A stretch of DNA of 61,042 nt from an uncultured Gammaproteobacteria bacterium. Lineage in GTDB: Bacteria; Patescibacteriota; Patescibacteriia; Patescibacteriales; Patescibacteriaceae. Below are positions 17,375 through 28,318 of this stretch, piece after piece; positions within the stretch are counted from its first letter, which is position 1, and each line of letters opens with the position of its first letter. The notes under the pieces are model-generated. The model made no database searches and was not told the origin of the DNA. It worked only from the letters and a program-made list of their open reading frames with translations. The position numbers and the translations under genes were made by a program. The DNA is taken from positions 1 through 61,042 of the forward strand of contig CAZFYY010000002.1 in assembly GCA_964523425.1 (NCBI GenBank), written 5' to 3'.

Positions 17375-20209
17375 ATGCCCTCCTCAAAAACCCCCTCCAA
17401 GAGCGTTGCTAAGCAGCAGCATAATTTCATCAGAATCAAGGGCGCCCGCGTGCACAACCTGAAGAATATTGACGTCGAGATTCCCCGCGACCAACTGGTC
17501 GTCATCACCGGTTTGTCCGGTTCCGGCAAGTCGTCGCTTGCCTTTGATACAATCTATGCCGAAGGTCAGCGCCGCTATGTTGAGTCGCTCTCGGCCTATG
17601 CTCGACAGTTCGTCGGGCTGATTGATAAACCAGATGTCGATCTTATCGAAGGTCTGTCGCCGGCCATTTCCATCGACCAGAAATCAACTTCGCATAATCC
17701 CCGATCGACCGTCGGGACGGTTACGGAAATTTATGACTATCTACGCTTGCTCTACGCCCGTATTGGCGTGCCATATTGTCCGAACTGTGGTGAAAAGGTA
17801 AAGCCCTACTCACTCGACGAAATCATCAACCAGATCACGACGACCTGTCTTGGTTGTGAAATTGTTATCCTTGCCCCAATCATCCGCGATAAGAAAGGCG
17901 AACATAAATCCGTCCTGCCGAGTATTCAGCGCGCCGGTTTTAGCCGCCTGCGTTTCGATGGCACGATTTACACCATCGAAGAGTTCGAAGATCTCCAGGT
18001 TGACAAGCAGAAGCGGCATACGCTGGAAATCGTCATCGACCGCGTCACTGTTTCTAAGGACAAAGAAGACTTGTCACGTATGACCGAAGCCGTCGAGCGC
18101 GCCCTCGATCTCGGTGAAGGGCTGGTTTATATCTGGCAGGTTAAAGAAGAGATTCTAAAAGTTTTCTCTCGTCTCCTAGCTTGTCCGAATTGTGGCCTGA
18201 CAATCAACGAACCGGAACCGCATAATTTTTCATTCAACTCGCCGCATGGCGCCTGTACGGAATGTTCCGGTCTCGGTACGAAACTGGAAATTGATCCGGA
18301 ATTAGTTTTTAATGATAAATTAACCGTCGCGCAGGGCGGAATCAAGCCGTGGATTTTTAATAACATGAACGGCCAGATGGGACTGATGCGCCAGCTTGGC
18401 GCCGCCGCCCAGCGCTATGGCTTCGATCTCAATACTCCCCTCAGCCAGCTTAATGCCAAGCAGCGGCAGATGGTTCTGCTGGGTGACAGCGACAGCGAAT
18501 TCGAAGGCGTCGTACCGAATCTGATGCGCCGCTATCAGCAGACCGAATCGGATTATATCCGCCGCGAGATTGAGGGCTATATGCGCGTGTTGGAATGCCC
18601 GGCCTGCCATGGCCAGCGCTTGAAGCCGGAGAGCCTGGCGGTGAAGATTGCCGGCCGCTCGATTCACGAAGCAACAGCTACGTCGCTCGATGACTCGGCC
18701 ATATTCTTTCATGAGCTAGAAAGCTCGAAGCTGCTTGGTGCCCGCGAAAAGAAAATCGCCGCGCAGATCTTGAAAGAAATTAATCTTCGCTTGAAATTCC
18801 TTCTGAATGTCGGTCTTAATTATTTAACATTAGCCCGGGCGGCCAATACCCTTTCCGGCGGTGAAGCCCAGCGCATTCGCCTGGCAACCCAGATCGGTTC
18901 GGCCTTGATGGGCGTCCTCTATATCCTTGATGAACCATCCATTGGTTTGCACCAGCGCGATAACGATAAATTAATCGAGACGTTGAAGCGCCTGCGCGAT
19001 CTCGGCAACACGGTCATCGTCGTCGAGCATGATGCGGCTACCATGGAAGCGTCTGATTATATTATTGATATCGGTCCCGGTGCCGGTGAGCACGGCGGCA
19101 TGGTCGTCGCGGCTGGAACGATTGATCAGATTAAGAAAAACCCCAAGTCATTAACCGGCCAGTATCTCACCGGCAAGAAGACTATTCCGGCGCCGGCTTC
19201 TTACCGCGCCGGCAATGGCCAGTCGTTGACGATTGTTAATGCCAGCGAGCATAACTTGAAGAATGTCACTGTTGAATTCCCACTCGGCAAACTCGTCGCC
19301 GTGACCGGCGTTTCCGGTTCAGGTAAGTCTACCCTTATTACCGACATTCTTGCCAAGTCCCTGACGCACCATTTTTATGGCGCCAAGGACTTGCCCGGCA
19401 AGCACGAGCGCATCGAGGGACTGGACAACCTGGATAAGGTCATCGATATCGACCAGTCGCCGATCGGCCGCACGCAGCGTTCCAATCCGGCGACCTATAC
19501 CGGCCTTTTCACCCCGATCCGCGACCTCTTCGCCGGCTTGCCGGAAGCGAAATTGCGCGGCTACCAGCCGGGACGTTTTTCCTTTAACGTTGTCGGCGGA
19601 CGCTGTGAAGCTTGCTCGGGAGACGGTATTATTAAGATCGAGATGCAGTTCTTGCCTGATGTGTACGTCGAATGCGATGTCTGCCATGGCCAGCGCTACC
19701 AGCGAGAAGTTCTTGAAATCCACTACAAAGAAAAGAATATTGCCGATATCCTCAATATGACTGTTGAGGAAGCGATGTATTTCTTTAAGAATTTGCCAGC
19801 TATCCATCAGAAGTTGGAAACATTGACCGAAGTTGGTCTCGGCTATATTAAGCTCGGCCAGTCGGCAACCACGCTGTCCGGCGGCGAAGCGCAGCGTATT
19901 AAGTTGGCAACCGAATTATCGCGCCGCCCGACCGGCCAGACGCTTTATATTCTCGACGAACCGACCACTGGCCTCCACTTCGAAGACATCCGCCGCCTGC
20001 TCGGCATTCTCAATCGCCTTGTCGATCGTGGCAATACGGTCATGATCATTGAGCATAACCTCGATGTTATCCGCGCCGTTGACTGGATTATCGACATGGG
20101 TCCGGAAGGCGGCGATAAGGGCGGCACGGTCGTTGCTACCGGCACGCCGAAGCAGGTCGCCAAAGTTAAGGGAAGTTATACGGGGAAATACTTGGCGGAG
20201 ATTGTATAA
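17375..20209 (+). CDS. uvrA: Excinuclease ABC subunit A
   Basis: GARVHNLKN, two ABC modules ([27 protein letters not shown] x2), Zn fingers. Confidence 0.98.
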   Translation: MPSSKTPSKSVAKQQHNFIRIKGARVHNLKNIDVEIPRDQLVVITGLSGSGKSSLAFDTIYAEGQRRYVESLSAYARQFVGLIDKPDVDLIEGLSPAISIDQKSTSHNPRSTVGTVTEIYDYLRLLYARIGVPYCPNCGEKVKPYSLDEIINQITTTCLGCEIVILAPIIRDKKGEHKSVLPSIQRAGFSRLRFDGTIYTIEEFEDLQVDKQKRHTLEIVIDRVTVSKDKEDLSRMTEAVERALDLGEGLVYIWQVKEEILKVFSRLLACPNCGLTINEPEPHNFSFNSPHGACTECSGLGTKLEIDPELVFNDKLTVAQGGIKPWIFNNMNGQMGLMRQLGAAAQRYGFDLNTPLSQLNAKQRQMVLLGDSDSEFEGVVPNLMRRYQQTESDYIRREIEGYMRVLECPACHGQRLKPESLAVKIAGRSIHEATATSLDDSAIFFHELESSKLLGAREKKIAAQILKEINLRLKFLLNVGLNYLTLARAANTLSGGEAQRIRLATQIGSALMGVLYILDEPSIGLHQRDNDKLIETLKRLRDLGNTVIVVEHDAATMEASDYIIDIGPGAGEHGGMVVAAGTIDQIKKNPKSLTGQYLTGKKTIPAPASYRAGNGQSLTIVNASEHNLKNVTVEFPLGKLVAVTGVSGSGKSTLITDILAKSLTHHFYGAKDLPGKHERIEGLDNLDKVIDIDQSPIGRTQRSNPATYTGLFTPIRDLFAGLPEAKLRGYQPGRFSFNVVGGRCEACSGDGIIKIEMQFLPDVYVECDVCHGQRYQREVLEIHYKEKNIADILNMTVEEAMYFFKNLPAIHQKLETLTEVGLGYIKLGQSATTLSGGEAQRIKLATELSRRPTGQTLYILDEPTTGLHFEDIRRLLGILNRLVDRGNTVMIIEHNLDVIRAVDWIIDMGPEGGDKGGTVVATGTPKQVAKVKGSYTGKYLAEIV

Positions 20210-20228
20210 AATTTTTTTCACTAGTGAG

Positions 20229-20256
20229 AAAAGCGAGCGCGCAAGCGTTCGTTTTT
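20229..20256 (+). terminator. uvrA intrinsic terminator
   Basis: AAAAGCGAGCGC-GCAA-GCGTTCGTTTTT. Confidence 0.75.
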
Positions 20257-20362
20257 CATTATATATTCGACTATATTTCTCGTGTCTACAGGAGAGTTTG
20301 GCAGAGAAAAGCTAACATGCTAAAATTGCTTCTACGCCCTCCTTTATTCCTAAAGGAGATCT

Positions 20363-20683
20363 ATGTTTGATGAAACCGTTACCACCATGGAAGTCATGGA
20401 AATACTCGTAAAAGTGTACGATCGTCTGGAAGCGCTATCCGATTCGATGGATCGGCGTTTTGCGGCGGTTGAGGAGAGGCTTGACCGGATTGAAGGACGC
20501 TTGGATCGTGTCGAAGCGCGGCTCGATAAGGTTGAGCAGCAGCTTAATTATCATACGACCTGGTTGAACCGGATCGAAGATAATATGGCTACAACGACTC
20601 AATTAAACCGCCTCGTTCGCGTCTTGCGGCACAATGGCGTTATCTCCGCGTTTGATGCCAGTCATGTAATTGTCCAGGGGTAA
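20363..20683 (+). CDS. Small coiled-coil heptad-repeat protein
   Basis: RFAAVEE RLDRIEG RLDRVEA RLDKVEQ; AAAGGAG SD. Confidence 0.7.
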   Translation: MFDETVTTMEVMEILVKVYDRLEALSDSMDRRFAAVEERLDRIEGRLDRVEARLDKVEQQLNYHTTWLNRIEDNMATTTQLNRLVRVLRHNGVISAFDASHVIVQG

Positions 20684-20722
20684 TATAAAACACATAACAG
20701 TAAAACCGGCTGAGGGCCGGTT

Positions 20723-21211
20723 TTATGATAGACGAGCGGTTTGTTTCAATTCGGGGAGCGGCATAGTCGTATCCCAGAAAGCAAAGGTCGAGGGAGTAAA
20801 TACTCCGCCAAGCGTGCCGGGGTTGATGATCGCAATGCCGTTTCGCTCGTCGATCCAGGGCTTATGCGTATGGCCATGGAAGATGATATCAGGCGATTCG
20901 CCGAGGAGGCGTTCGATATAGCGCGGCTCATGGCAGAGGCCGATTTTCTTCCCGCCTAGCTCGACGCAACCGTAACGGCCTAAATAATGAAGATTAACGA
21001 ACTTCTTAAAAGCGCTATCTTCGAATAGTTCAGCATTCCCGCGGATGAGATAGACGGGCAAGTCAGAGGCATTGAGGAGTTTGAGAGTGGCTGTGCTGGT
21101 GACGTCTCCGCAGATGAGAATTGTTTCGGCGGAGTGAGTGCCGCACCAGGCGAGGAACATCTCTAGATACGCTTCATTATCATGGATGTCTGCGCAGATA
21201 GCCACTTTCAT
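20723..21211 (-). CDS. Metallophosphoesterase, YfcE/Vps29-like
   Basis: ADIHDN, CGD, RGN, HGHTH, INPG. Confidence 0.9.
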   Translation of the reverse strand: MKVAICADIHDNEAYLEMFLAWCGTHSAETILICGDVTSTATLKLLNASDLPVYLIRGNAELFEDSAFKKFVNLHYLGRYGCVELGGKKIGLCHEPRYIERLLGESPDIIFHGHTHKPWIDERNGIAIINPGTLGGVFTPSTFAFWDTTMPLPELKQTARLS

Positions 21212-21217
21212 ATCGCG

Positions 21218-22357
21218 TTAGCCGAACAGTTCCCAGAGCTGGTAGCCGACGCCGCCGAGAAAAAGAAGAGTTAGGGTGTGGGCGATAAGCGGAGTAAGGA
21301 GCGGACGAACAGCTGATTTCTTTTCCGGGTTGGAGCGGACGCGCAAGGCGATGGCCAAAGAGAAGGCGCCTAATAATCCACCGGAAACGGCGCCGGCCAG
21401 TCCGACAACTTTGGTGATGTCGTGCGCGCCAAATAAATAGAGAATGTAGGGTACGGCTGCGACCAAAAGCCAGGCCAGGCCGCGCGGCAGGCCGAGATCC
21501 CAGATATACATTTCTTCTAAGGCTTCGGCGACAATGAGGAATGAAGTGGTGACGGTTACGAGGCCAATGAGCAGGAGTATGGCGTAAACAGCCGGGGGTA
21601 CAGCTGCGCCCAGACCCGAGAGGGCATCAGGAGAGGTGGTACTACCCGACAGGCTCATAATCATAATGCTGAAAAAGGCCATGATGAAAATTGAGATAAC
21701 CAGGCCGCTGCGTAGCGCGCTTTTAATATGCTTGCTTTCTTTTTTCATGATAAGGCAGACGTTATTGACGGCAATCAGGCCGTTAACGGCAAAGAATACT
21801 GCTCCATATGGAAAAAATATTTGCGCCGGTTGCCAGAGGACGATATTGGAGAGACTGGCGTGTTCTCCTAAAAAGGCGGCAATAACGACAATCGTGCCGA
21901 GGAGGCCGGCCGTAAGAACCGTCTCAACCCGCGTAATCCACTTCAAGCCGAAGGCGATAACGGCGCTGCGCAGGGCCATAAGAATAGAGGTGTAAAAGAA
22001 AACCGTCCCTCCCCAATACGGGCGCAACAACTGAAAAAGAAAGTCGCCGCCAATAAGGGTATAGGCAAGCAAGCTGCCGTAGCTGGCGACGACTACCAGC
22101 AAAGTCATTGCTTTCTTACTTTTGGATCCGAGGTAAATTCCGGCATAGCCAGGCAGCCGGTGAGGCTGCTTAGTTGAGAGAACAATCTCAGCGTAAATTT
22201 TATGTAGCCAGTGCTGGATAATGCCGAGGCCGACAAAATAGCCGAGGAGTATCAATAACCCGGCCTGGGTTCCGGCATACGGCAAAGTAAACATGCCGAC
22301 GCCGACGATGGCGGCGATCATTGTCAGCACGGCGGAAATGTAACTGCGTGAAGGCAT
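21218..22357 (-). CDS. Aromatic amino acid permease (TyrP/Mtr, HAAAP-like)
   Basis: AAIVGVGMFTLPY, YGSLLAY, PYGAVFFA, TTSFL; about 11 TMs. Confidence 0.8.
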   Translation of the reverse strand: MPSRSYISAVLTMIAAIVGVGMFTLPYAGTQAGLLILLGYFVGLGIIQHWLHKIYAEIVLSTKQPHRLPGYAGIYLGSKSKKAMTLLVVVASYGSLLAYTLIGGDFLFQLLRPYWGGTVFFYTSILMALRSAVIAFGLKWITRVETVLTAGLLGTIVVIAAFLGEHASLSNIVLWQPAQIFFPYGAVFFAVNGLIAVNNVCLIMKKESKHIKSALRSGLVISIFIMAFFSIMIMSLSGSTTSPDALSGLGAAVPPAVYAILLLIGLVTVTTSFLIVAEALEEMYIWDLGLPRGLAWLLVAAVPYILYLFGAHDITKVVGLAGAVSGGLLGAFSLAIALRVRSNPEKKSAVRPLLTPLIAHTLTLLFLGGVGYQLWELFG

Positions 22358-22468
22358 ATTGTATTCGTGTATGGTAAGTATATATGTTTGGATGCTTTTT
22401 TAAAAGCGTTGCCAAGCAAAAAACGGCTGAAGCCGTTTTTTAATCATCGCTGAAATGAGGCAATCCCT

Positions 22469-25400
22469 TTAGGCGGCGACGCGGAAGACTTCCTCAAGAG
22501 TGGTTTCGCCTTGAGATGCCTTAAGTATTCCGTCATGAATCATGAGGGTAGCGCCCTGTTCAACGGCTAGTTTTTCAATATCATCTTCAGTAAGAAGCGG
22601 CGATTGGATGAGTTTCTGCATTTCGCTGCTCATGTTAACCGCTTCATATATGCCGAGACGACCCTTGTAGCCGAGGCCTCCGCAGGCCGGGCAGCCGACC
22701 GCTTTATAGAAATGCAAGTCATCAACCGCTGGGATTCCGGCACGTCCGCTGAGTTGGGCGAGGGCGGTCCGGGCGTTATTTAGCAGATCGGCGGACGGAA
22801 CTGCTGGTTGTTTGCAGCTCGGGCAGAGCCTGCGAACGAGACGCTGACCGATGGTGCATTCAATGGCACTGGAAAGCAGTGACTTTTCAATGCCTAATCC
22901 GACGAAACGCGAAATAGCGCCGGCGGCGCTGTTGGCGTGGATGGTTGAAAGGACTAAGTGGCCCGTGAGGGCGGCTTCAACAGCTACTTTAGCAGTTTCT
23001 TGGTCGCGTATTTCGCCAACCATGATGACGTTTGGATTTTGGCGCAACAGCGAGCGCAGGGCCGTGGCAAAACTGTAGCCTTCTTCGGTGTTAATTTGCG
23101 TCTGAATGATACCGGCGAGATTATATTCGATTGGGTCTTCAATAGTAATGATTTTAATGCTCGGATCGTTGAGGGTGTTGAGAAGGCTGTAGAGCGTAGT
23201 GGTTTTTCCTGAGCCGGTCGGACCGCTCGTGAAGATAATGCCCTTAGTTTTATGAATGGCCTTGGTAATAATATCAGCGGCCGGCGGAACGACTCCGAGA
23301 TTTTTCATGTCCAGATTTTTTGCCTGGCTTGAGAGCAGGCGAATAGCAGCGGTTTCACCGTAGCCGCCGCTGATGATGGAGACGCGACAGTCCATGCTGC
23401 TGTCTGGCAAATGGACGCTAAAGCGGCCATCGAGGGTCGGTTTTTTCAAATTGGACGGGAAGCCGGCAGACGTTTTGATCTCGCCAAGCAGTGGGATGTA
23501 ATATTCTTTACCGAGGGTCGCAATGTCATGGATAATTCCGTCGATGCGGTAGCGTACCTTAACATTGTTTTCCTCCGGGTCAACGTTGACGTCGCCGGCT
23601 TCGGCGGCGATTGCTCCGGCCATGACCAGTGATAAAATCTCTCTCGTGTGGTGTCCTTGCAATTGCGCGCCATGGTCGACGGTCAAATCTTTTATCAGTC
23701 CTTGGCCAATTGTCAGCTGTTCGGCTGTCAGTTCAATGCCGCGGCCGATTGTCTGCGACACGGCAATGTCGTACAGCTCGTCGACATACTGCATTTCGCC
23801 GGCGACAGCATACACTTCCTCCAGACTTGTAATGCCCTCTAAACATTTCAGAACGCCGTCCTGAAGCATGGTGACCATGCCATTTTCAATCGCCTGCTGG
23901 AGAATCTTAAAGCCAGGGGCGCTCTCATTAGCCAGGGTCTTAATTTTTTCATCCATGACGAGAATTTCAAAAATACCGCTGCGGCCTTTGTAGCCGAGGC
24001 CATGACATTCATCGCAGCCGACGGCCGTATAGACGTTATCGAGATTTTCCGGAACATCGATACCGGCTTTCGGGCTCATAACTGCCAGAATTTTCTTGAC
24101 CTTGGCGGCTTCGTCGCTACTGAGGATATGTTTTGTCTTGCAGTGCGGACAGAGATTGCGCACCAGGCGCTGGCCGACTATGGCATTGATGGCTGGCGTA
24201 AGGAGATATGGTTTAATGCCAAGGTCGAGCATGCGCGGGATGGCGCCGGCGGCATCGTTGGTGTGAACAGTTGATAGAACAAGGTGGCCGGTCAGGGCGG
24301 CGCGAACGCTTATTTCCGCAGTTTCTAAGTCGCGCATTTCGCCAATCATCACGACATCAGGATCCTGACGCAAAACAGACCGTAAGCCGGTTGAGAAGGT
24401 GTAGCCTTTCGCTTCTTCGACTTGGCTCTGGTTGATGTTTTCCAACTGGTATTCAATCGGGTCTTCCAGGGTAATAATTTTCGTACCCGGGCGGTTGAGG
24501 TAGTTAAGCAGAGCGTAGAGGGTTGTCGTTTTTCCTGAGCCAGTCGGACCAGTTATAAGAATAAGACCATTTGGCTTGTCTACTTCTTCTTTTAATATTT
24601 CCAGGGGCCGCGGCCTGATGCCCAGTGTGTCAAAGGAAAAAGAAGCCGCGCTGGCATATAATAAGCGCATTACAACGCTTTCGCCATAAGCGGTGGGCAG
24701 GAAGGAAGCGCGAATGGCAATTTTTTCATTATTGGTAAAAACCGTAAAGCGGCCATCCTGCGGCTTGTCATCAATGTTAATCTTAACTTTAGAGAGAATC
24801 TTAAGACGGGAAATGACCTGATGCCATCGTTCGCGGCTGATGACGGCGGCATTTTGCAGGGTGCCGTCGACGCGGAGGCGGACGGTAACGCCGGTCTCCT
24901 CGGCTTCGATATGAATATCGCTCGAGTTAATTTTTAGCGAGGTGGCAATAAGCAGGACGATAACATCGCTCATGCTTACTTCGTTTATTTTCTGTTCCAA
25001 GCTGCGAAAATCGCTTATTTCCGCTTTGTACTTTTCTAAGTCCTTCTCCTTGATTTCGACTCCAGGCGGGACTGGCTTAACCTTAGGGAGGCTGGCGTAT
25101 AACTTCAGCCCGTGGGCTAGGCTGCGTGACGAGACAAGATAGATTTCGCCATCTTCAATAAATAGTTTTTGCTGCAGCTGGCGGAACTTTTCGCGCACGT
25201 TTGTGGCCATGGGATCGGCGGCGGCCAGCCGCAGCTTGCTGCCGTTGAAGAAAAAGCAGACCGCCCCAAGCTCACGCGCTTCTTTTTCGTCAATCAACGC
25301 CAACGCTTCCTGGCTTATCGGGAAGCCAGTTAGGTCAATATATGGCAGGCCGGTACTTTGCGCTTTGCCGGCGGTCAAACGTTCGAGATCGCGGTCGTGG

Positions 25401-25507
25401 ATTTCCTGTTCTTTCTTATGGAATTTTCCTTCGGTACTCTCGTCGTCTGAGGCGCCCGCATGCGCGGCGGCAATGAGATCATTGATGGATTGCGTAGGAT
25501 CGCTCAT
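22469..25507 (-). CDS. PilB/GspE-family secretion ATPase with two tandem ATPase units
   Basis: Two copies each of GPTGSGKTTTLY, EDPIEY, LRQ(D/N)P..GE.RD, His box and CxxC..CxxC Zn site. Confidence 0.92.
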   Translation of the reverse strand: MSDPTQSINDLIAAAHAGASDDESTEGKFHKKEQEIHDRDLERLTAGKAQSTGLPYIDLTGFPISQEALALIDEKEARELGAVCFFFNGSKLRLAAADPMATNVREKFRQLQQKLFIEDGEIYLVSSRSLAHGLKLYASLPKVKPVPPGVEIKEKDLEKYKAEISDFRSLEQKINEVSMSDVIVLLIATSLKINSSDIHIEAEETGVTVRLRVDGTLQNAAVISRERWHQVISRLKILSKVKINIDDKPQDGRFTVFTNNEKIAIRASFLPTAYGESVVMRLLYASAASFSFDTLGIRPRPLEILKEEVDKPNGLILITGPTGSGKTTTLYALLNYLNRPGTKIITLEDPIEYQLENINQSQVEEAKGYTFSTGLRSVLRQDPDVVMIGEMRDLETAEISVRAALTGHLVLSTVHTNDAAGAIPRMLDLGIKPYLLTPAINAIVGQRLVRNLCPHCKTKHILSSDEAAKVKKILAVMSPKAGIDVPENLDNVYTAVGCDECHGLGYKGRSGIFEILVMDEKIKTLANESAPGFKILQQAIENGMVTMLQDGVLKCLEGITSLEEVYAVAGEMQYVDELYDIAVSQTIGRGIELTAEQLTIGQGLIKDLTVDHGAQLQGHHTREILSLVMAGAIAAEAGDVNVDPEENNVKVRYRIDGIIHDIATLGKEYYIPLLGEIKTSAGFPSNLKKPTLDGRFSVHLPDSSMDCRVSIISGGYGETAAIRLLSSQAKNLDMKNLGVVPPAADIITKAIHKTKGIIFTSGPTGSGKTTTLYSLLNTLNDPSIKIITIEDPIEYNLAGIIQTQINTEEGYSFATALRSLLRQNPNVIMVGEIRDQETAKVAVEAALTGHLVLSTIHANSAAGAISRFVGLGIEKSLLSSAIECTIGQRLVRRLCPSCKQPAVPSADLLNNARTALAQLSGRAGIPAVDDLHFYKAVGCPACGGLGYKGRLGIYEAVNMSSEMQKLIQSPLLTEDDIEKLAVEQGATLMIHDGILKASQGETTLEEVFRVAA

Positions 25508-25614
25508 GGCCTTAGTGTATCATTTTAAGAGGGGGAATTCAATTGTGAAATGGTCAGAAATATGCTATAGTCGGTATAGATTACCGGCCTTCAAACCGCC
25601 ATGCCTTTTTCTCT

Positions 25615-26058
25615 ATGAAACGATTTTTTAAGCTGATCGGACGCCAGGTTTCGCCAAGCGCTCCGCTCGTCCTACACAACCCTGAGCAGCCATCAAGCGA
25701 CTGGCCGGGCTTTGGTGAAGAAGAAGGACAGCTGTCGGTTGATATTTATCAGACGGAGGATGCGGTTATTGTGAAATCGACCATTGCCGGAGCAACGACT
25801 GATGATATAGACATATCGCTCGTGGAAGATATGCTTACTATTCGCGGCAAACGTGAGCAGTCGGAGGCTGTGGCGAACGACGCGTATCTCTACCGCGAAT
25901 GCTATTGGGGTAAGTTTTCCCGTTCGATTGTCCTGCCGGTGGAAATCAAGAGCGATAAGGTCATGGCTTCAATTCATAACGGGGTTTTGACGATAACGTT
26001 GCCAAAAGCCCACCGCTCTAAGACAACAACTATCCGCGTTAAGCAGAATAAAGACTAG
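25615..26058 (+). CDS. Hsp20/alpha-crystallin small heat-shock protein
   Basis: LSVDIYQT, ECYWGKFSRSIVLP, NGVLTITLPK. Confidence 0.93.
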   Translation: MKRFFKLIGRQVSPSAPLVLHNPEQPSSDWPGFGEEEGQLSVDIYQTEDAVIVKSTIAGATTDDIDISLVEDMLTIRGKREQSEAVANDAYLYRECYWGKFSRSIVLPVEIKSDKVMASIHNGVLTITLPKAHRSKTTTIRVKQNKD

Positions 26059-26059
26059 T

Positions 26060-26281
26060 ATGGCTCTATCCGTTTCCTTAGAATCGATTGATGACAACGC
26101 TACTCTCAAGGCGGCGGATGGTTCGTTGATTTCTTGCCCCATAGATTTATTGCCGGCCGGCGCCTTTATTGGTCAAAAGCTTTGGCTTGATCTCAGTCTG
26201 ACTGAGCCGCTCGAAGCGGCTCCGGCGGCCATTTTGAATGAAATACTCAAACCTCATGACGACGTGGAAAAAACTACATAA
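26060..26281 (+). CDS. Small hypothetical protein (DUF3006-like)
   Basis: 73 aa tightly packed between hsp20 and vanW; PIDLLPAGA..G pattern. Confidence 0.55.
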   Translation: MALSVSLESIDDNATLKAADGSLISCPIDLLPAGAFIGQKLWLDLSLTEPLEAAPAAILNEILKPHDDVEKTT

Positions 26282-28115
26282 TTCCCTGCCGGATTGGTTG
26301 CTGATAGTAATCACCGTCTTTGTCGCGGTCTTTTTTTTAAGTGCTTTGCTGGCTGGCGGTCTGCTGTTTGCCTATCAGGATCGCATGCTGCCTAATCTGA
26401 GCGTGGGCGGAGCGTATGTCGGCGGCATGGATTTCCCGGCGGCCCGCGAAGCGGTTGCCCGCAAGGTTTCCGCTCTGGAAAAGGGCGTCTCTGTGCGGTT
26501 CAATACTAATGAATATCTACTTTCGCCTGAAGTTGGCTCGCTTGACCCCGACCTTGCCCCGTCGATCGTGTTTGATGATGAGGCAAGCTTTGTTCACGCC
26601 GCGGCAATTGGACATAGCGGAAAATACCTGTCTGATGCTTTCGTGACCCTCGGAGCAATGCTGCAAGGTAGACAGTTACCGTTGGCCGTTTTGCTTGATA
26701 AGGAGAGGGTTGCGGCGGAACTTAAGACGGCCTTTGTTCAGTACGAACAGCCCTCCGTTGATGCGCATCTAGCAATCAATGCTCAGGGAGAGGCGAAAAT
26801 TATTGCCGAAGTTGACGGAGAGGTTTTTGATTACGCAAAGGCGGCTATTGCGGCAGAAGAGCGTTTTGCCACCGGCAACACTGCGCCTATCGAATTGCGA
26901 CTGCAGCCTATCAGGCCCACTATCATGCTGTCGGAAATCGACCAGCGTACCGTCCAAGAACAAGTGGATCGCCTGCTTGAAACACCGTCCGCTCGTTTGA
27001 TATTTGAAAAGAAAGAATGGCTTTTAGATAAAAAAGTATTACGTTCGTTGTTGGGGTTAGTGAAAATCGATGGGACGGTTCGGGTAGGAATCGACCCGGT
27101 ATTAGCCAAGGCATATATCGAGAAGGAGGTAGTGCCGGCTGTTGATCGAGAGCCGATTCAGGCGCGCCTCGCTATTGAAAACGGCCGAGTTTCAGTATGG
27201 CAGGAAGGTAAGGATGGGATTGCAGTTGATCGCGATGGTACAATTGCGGCGATTGTCGCCTGGCCGGCTAGCGGAATTTCTGAAGTTTCCGTCGCGGTTT
27301 CGCGAACCCCGGCTAAGTCGGCAGACGAGAGTGCCGAAGAGATGGGCATTAGGGAAATCATTGGTACGGGTACTTCTAAGTTCTCTGGCTCTCCGGCAAA
27401 TCGTCGCCACAATATTAAAACAGGCGCCATGGCCCTGCACGGCTTGCTTATTAAACCGGGAGAAGAGTTTTCTCTTTTGAAGGCGCTGGGCAATATCGAT
27501 GCCAGCAATGGATACCGCACCGAATTGGTTATCAAGGGAAATAAGACAATACCGGAATATGGCGGCGGGCTTTGCCAGATTGGCACAACGGTTTTCCGGG
27601 CGACGTTCAATACGGGATTGCCGGTAACTCAGCGGCGCAATCATTCTTATCGAGTTTCGTATTACGAGCCGGCCGGCACCGATGCTACGATTTACGATCC
27701 GGCCCCCGATTATCGCTTCGTTAACGATACCGGACACTATATTTTAATTCAGGCACGCCTAGGTACTAACGAGTTATCCTTTGATTTTTGGGGAACCAAG
27801 GACGGCCGTCAGGTGGAAGTCACAAAACCGACAATTTATAATATAGTCGCGCCAAAGCCGACCAAGATTGTGGAAACTCCTGATTTGCCGGTTGGCCAGA
27901 AGAAGTGCACGGAAAGCGCTCATGCCGGCGCCGATGCCTTCTTTGACAGTAAGGTTACCTACGCGGACGGAACTGTAAAAGAGAAGCGATTTACTTCGCA
28001 TTATGTTCCATGGCAGGCGGTTTGTTTAGTGGGAGCGAAGAAGGCGGAGACCACTGTTCCGCCGGCCGGAACCCCTACATCGACAGTTTCGCCAACCGCT
28101 ACGCCCGTCCAATAA
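26256..28115 (+). CDS. VanW family protein with peptidoglycan-binding repeats
   Basis: N-terminal TM; NRRHNI, PGEEFS, GGGLCQIGTTVF, RRNHSY, GTDATI; G5-like tail. Confidence 0.9.
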   Translation: MTTWKKLHNSLPDWLLIVITVFVAVFFLSALLAGGLLFAYQDRMLPNLSVGGAYVGGMDFPAAREAVARKVSALEKGVSVRFNTNEYLLSPEVGSLDPDLAPSIVFDDEASFVHAAAIGHSGKYLSDAFVTLGAMLQGRQLPLAVLLDKERVAAELKTAFVQYEQPSVDAHLAINAQGEAKIIAEVDGEVFDYAKAAIAAEERFATGNTAPIELRLQPIRPTIMLSEIDQRTVQEQVDRLLETPSARLIFEKKEWLLDKKVLRSLLGLVKIDGTVRVGIDPVLAKAYIEKEVVPAVDREPIQARLAIENGRVSVWQEGKDGIAVDRDGTIAAIVAWPASGISEVSVAVSRTPAKSADESAEEMGIREIIGTGTSKFSGSPANRRHNIKTGAMALHGLLIKPGEEFSLLKALGNIDASNGYRTELVIKGNKTIPEYGGGLCQIGTTVFRATFNTGLPVTQRRNHSYRVSYYEPAGTDATIYDPAPDYRFVNDTGHYILIQARLGTNELSFDFWGTKDGRQVEVTKPTIYNIVAPKPTKIVETPDLPVGQKKCTESAHAGADAFFDSKVTYADGTVKEKRFTSHYVPWQAVCLVGAKKAETTVPPAGTPTSTVSPTATPVQ

Positions 28116-28121
28116 AAGAAT

Positions 28122-28154
28122 AAAAAAACCGCCGCTCCGAGGAGCGGCGGTTTT
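28122..28154. terminator. Bidirectional intrinsic terminator
   Basis: AAAAAAACCGCCGCTC-CGAG-GAGCGGCGGTTTT. Confidence 0.85.
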
Positions 28155-28313
28155 GTAAAGTCCACCTAAAGCGGGTAGGCAAGAAATTTTCATCAGAAGG
28201 AACCTAGTCGTAACCGAGTTTTTTCTGACGAAGAAATCCCCATGCTTGTCGTGCCTAGCCCGCTTCAGCCGGACTTTATTTTGAGTGGTCATGTATTACC
28301 TCCTTAAGGTAAT
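28122..28313 (-). ncRNA. Candidate structured small RNA (~190 nt), family unassigned
   Basis: Own promoter and terminator; 5' 7-bp hairpin; 123-nt rod (28156-28278) with G-U pairs on the minus strand and a UACG terminal loop. Confidence 0.6.
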
Positions 28314-28318
28314 TTACG

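Noticed and set aside
28026-28292. 88-aa minus-strand ORF as an ordinary CDS
   Set aside because: It runs through a strong terminator into vanW and its SD is buried in a hairpin; treated as part of the candidate RNA.
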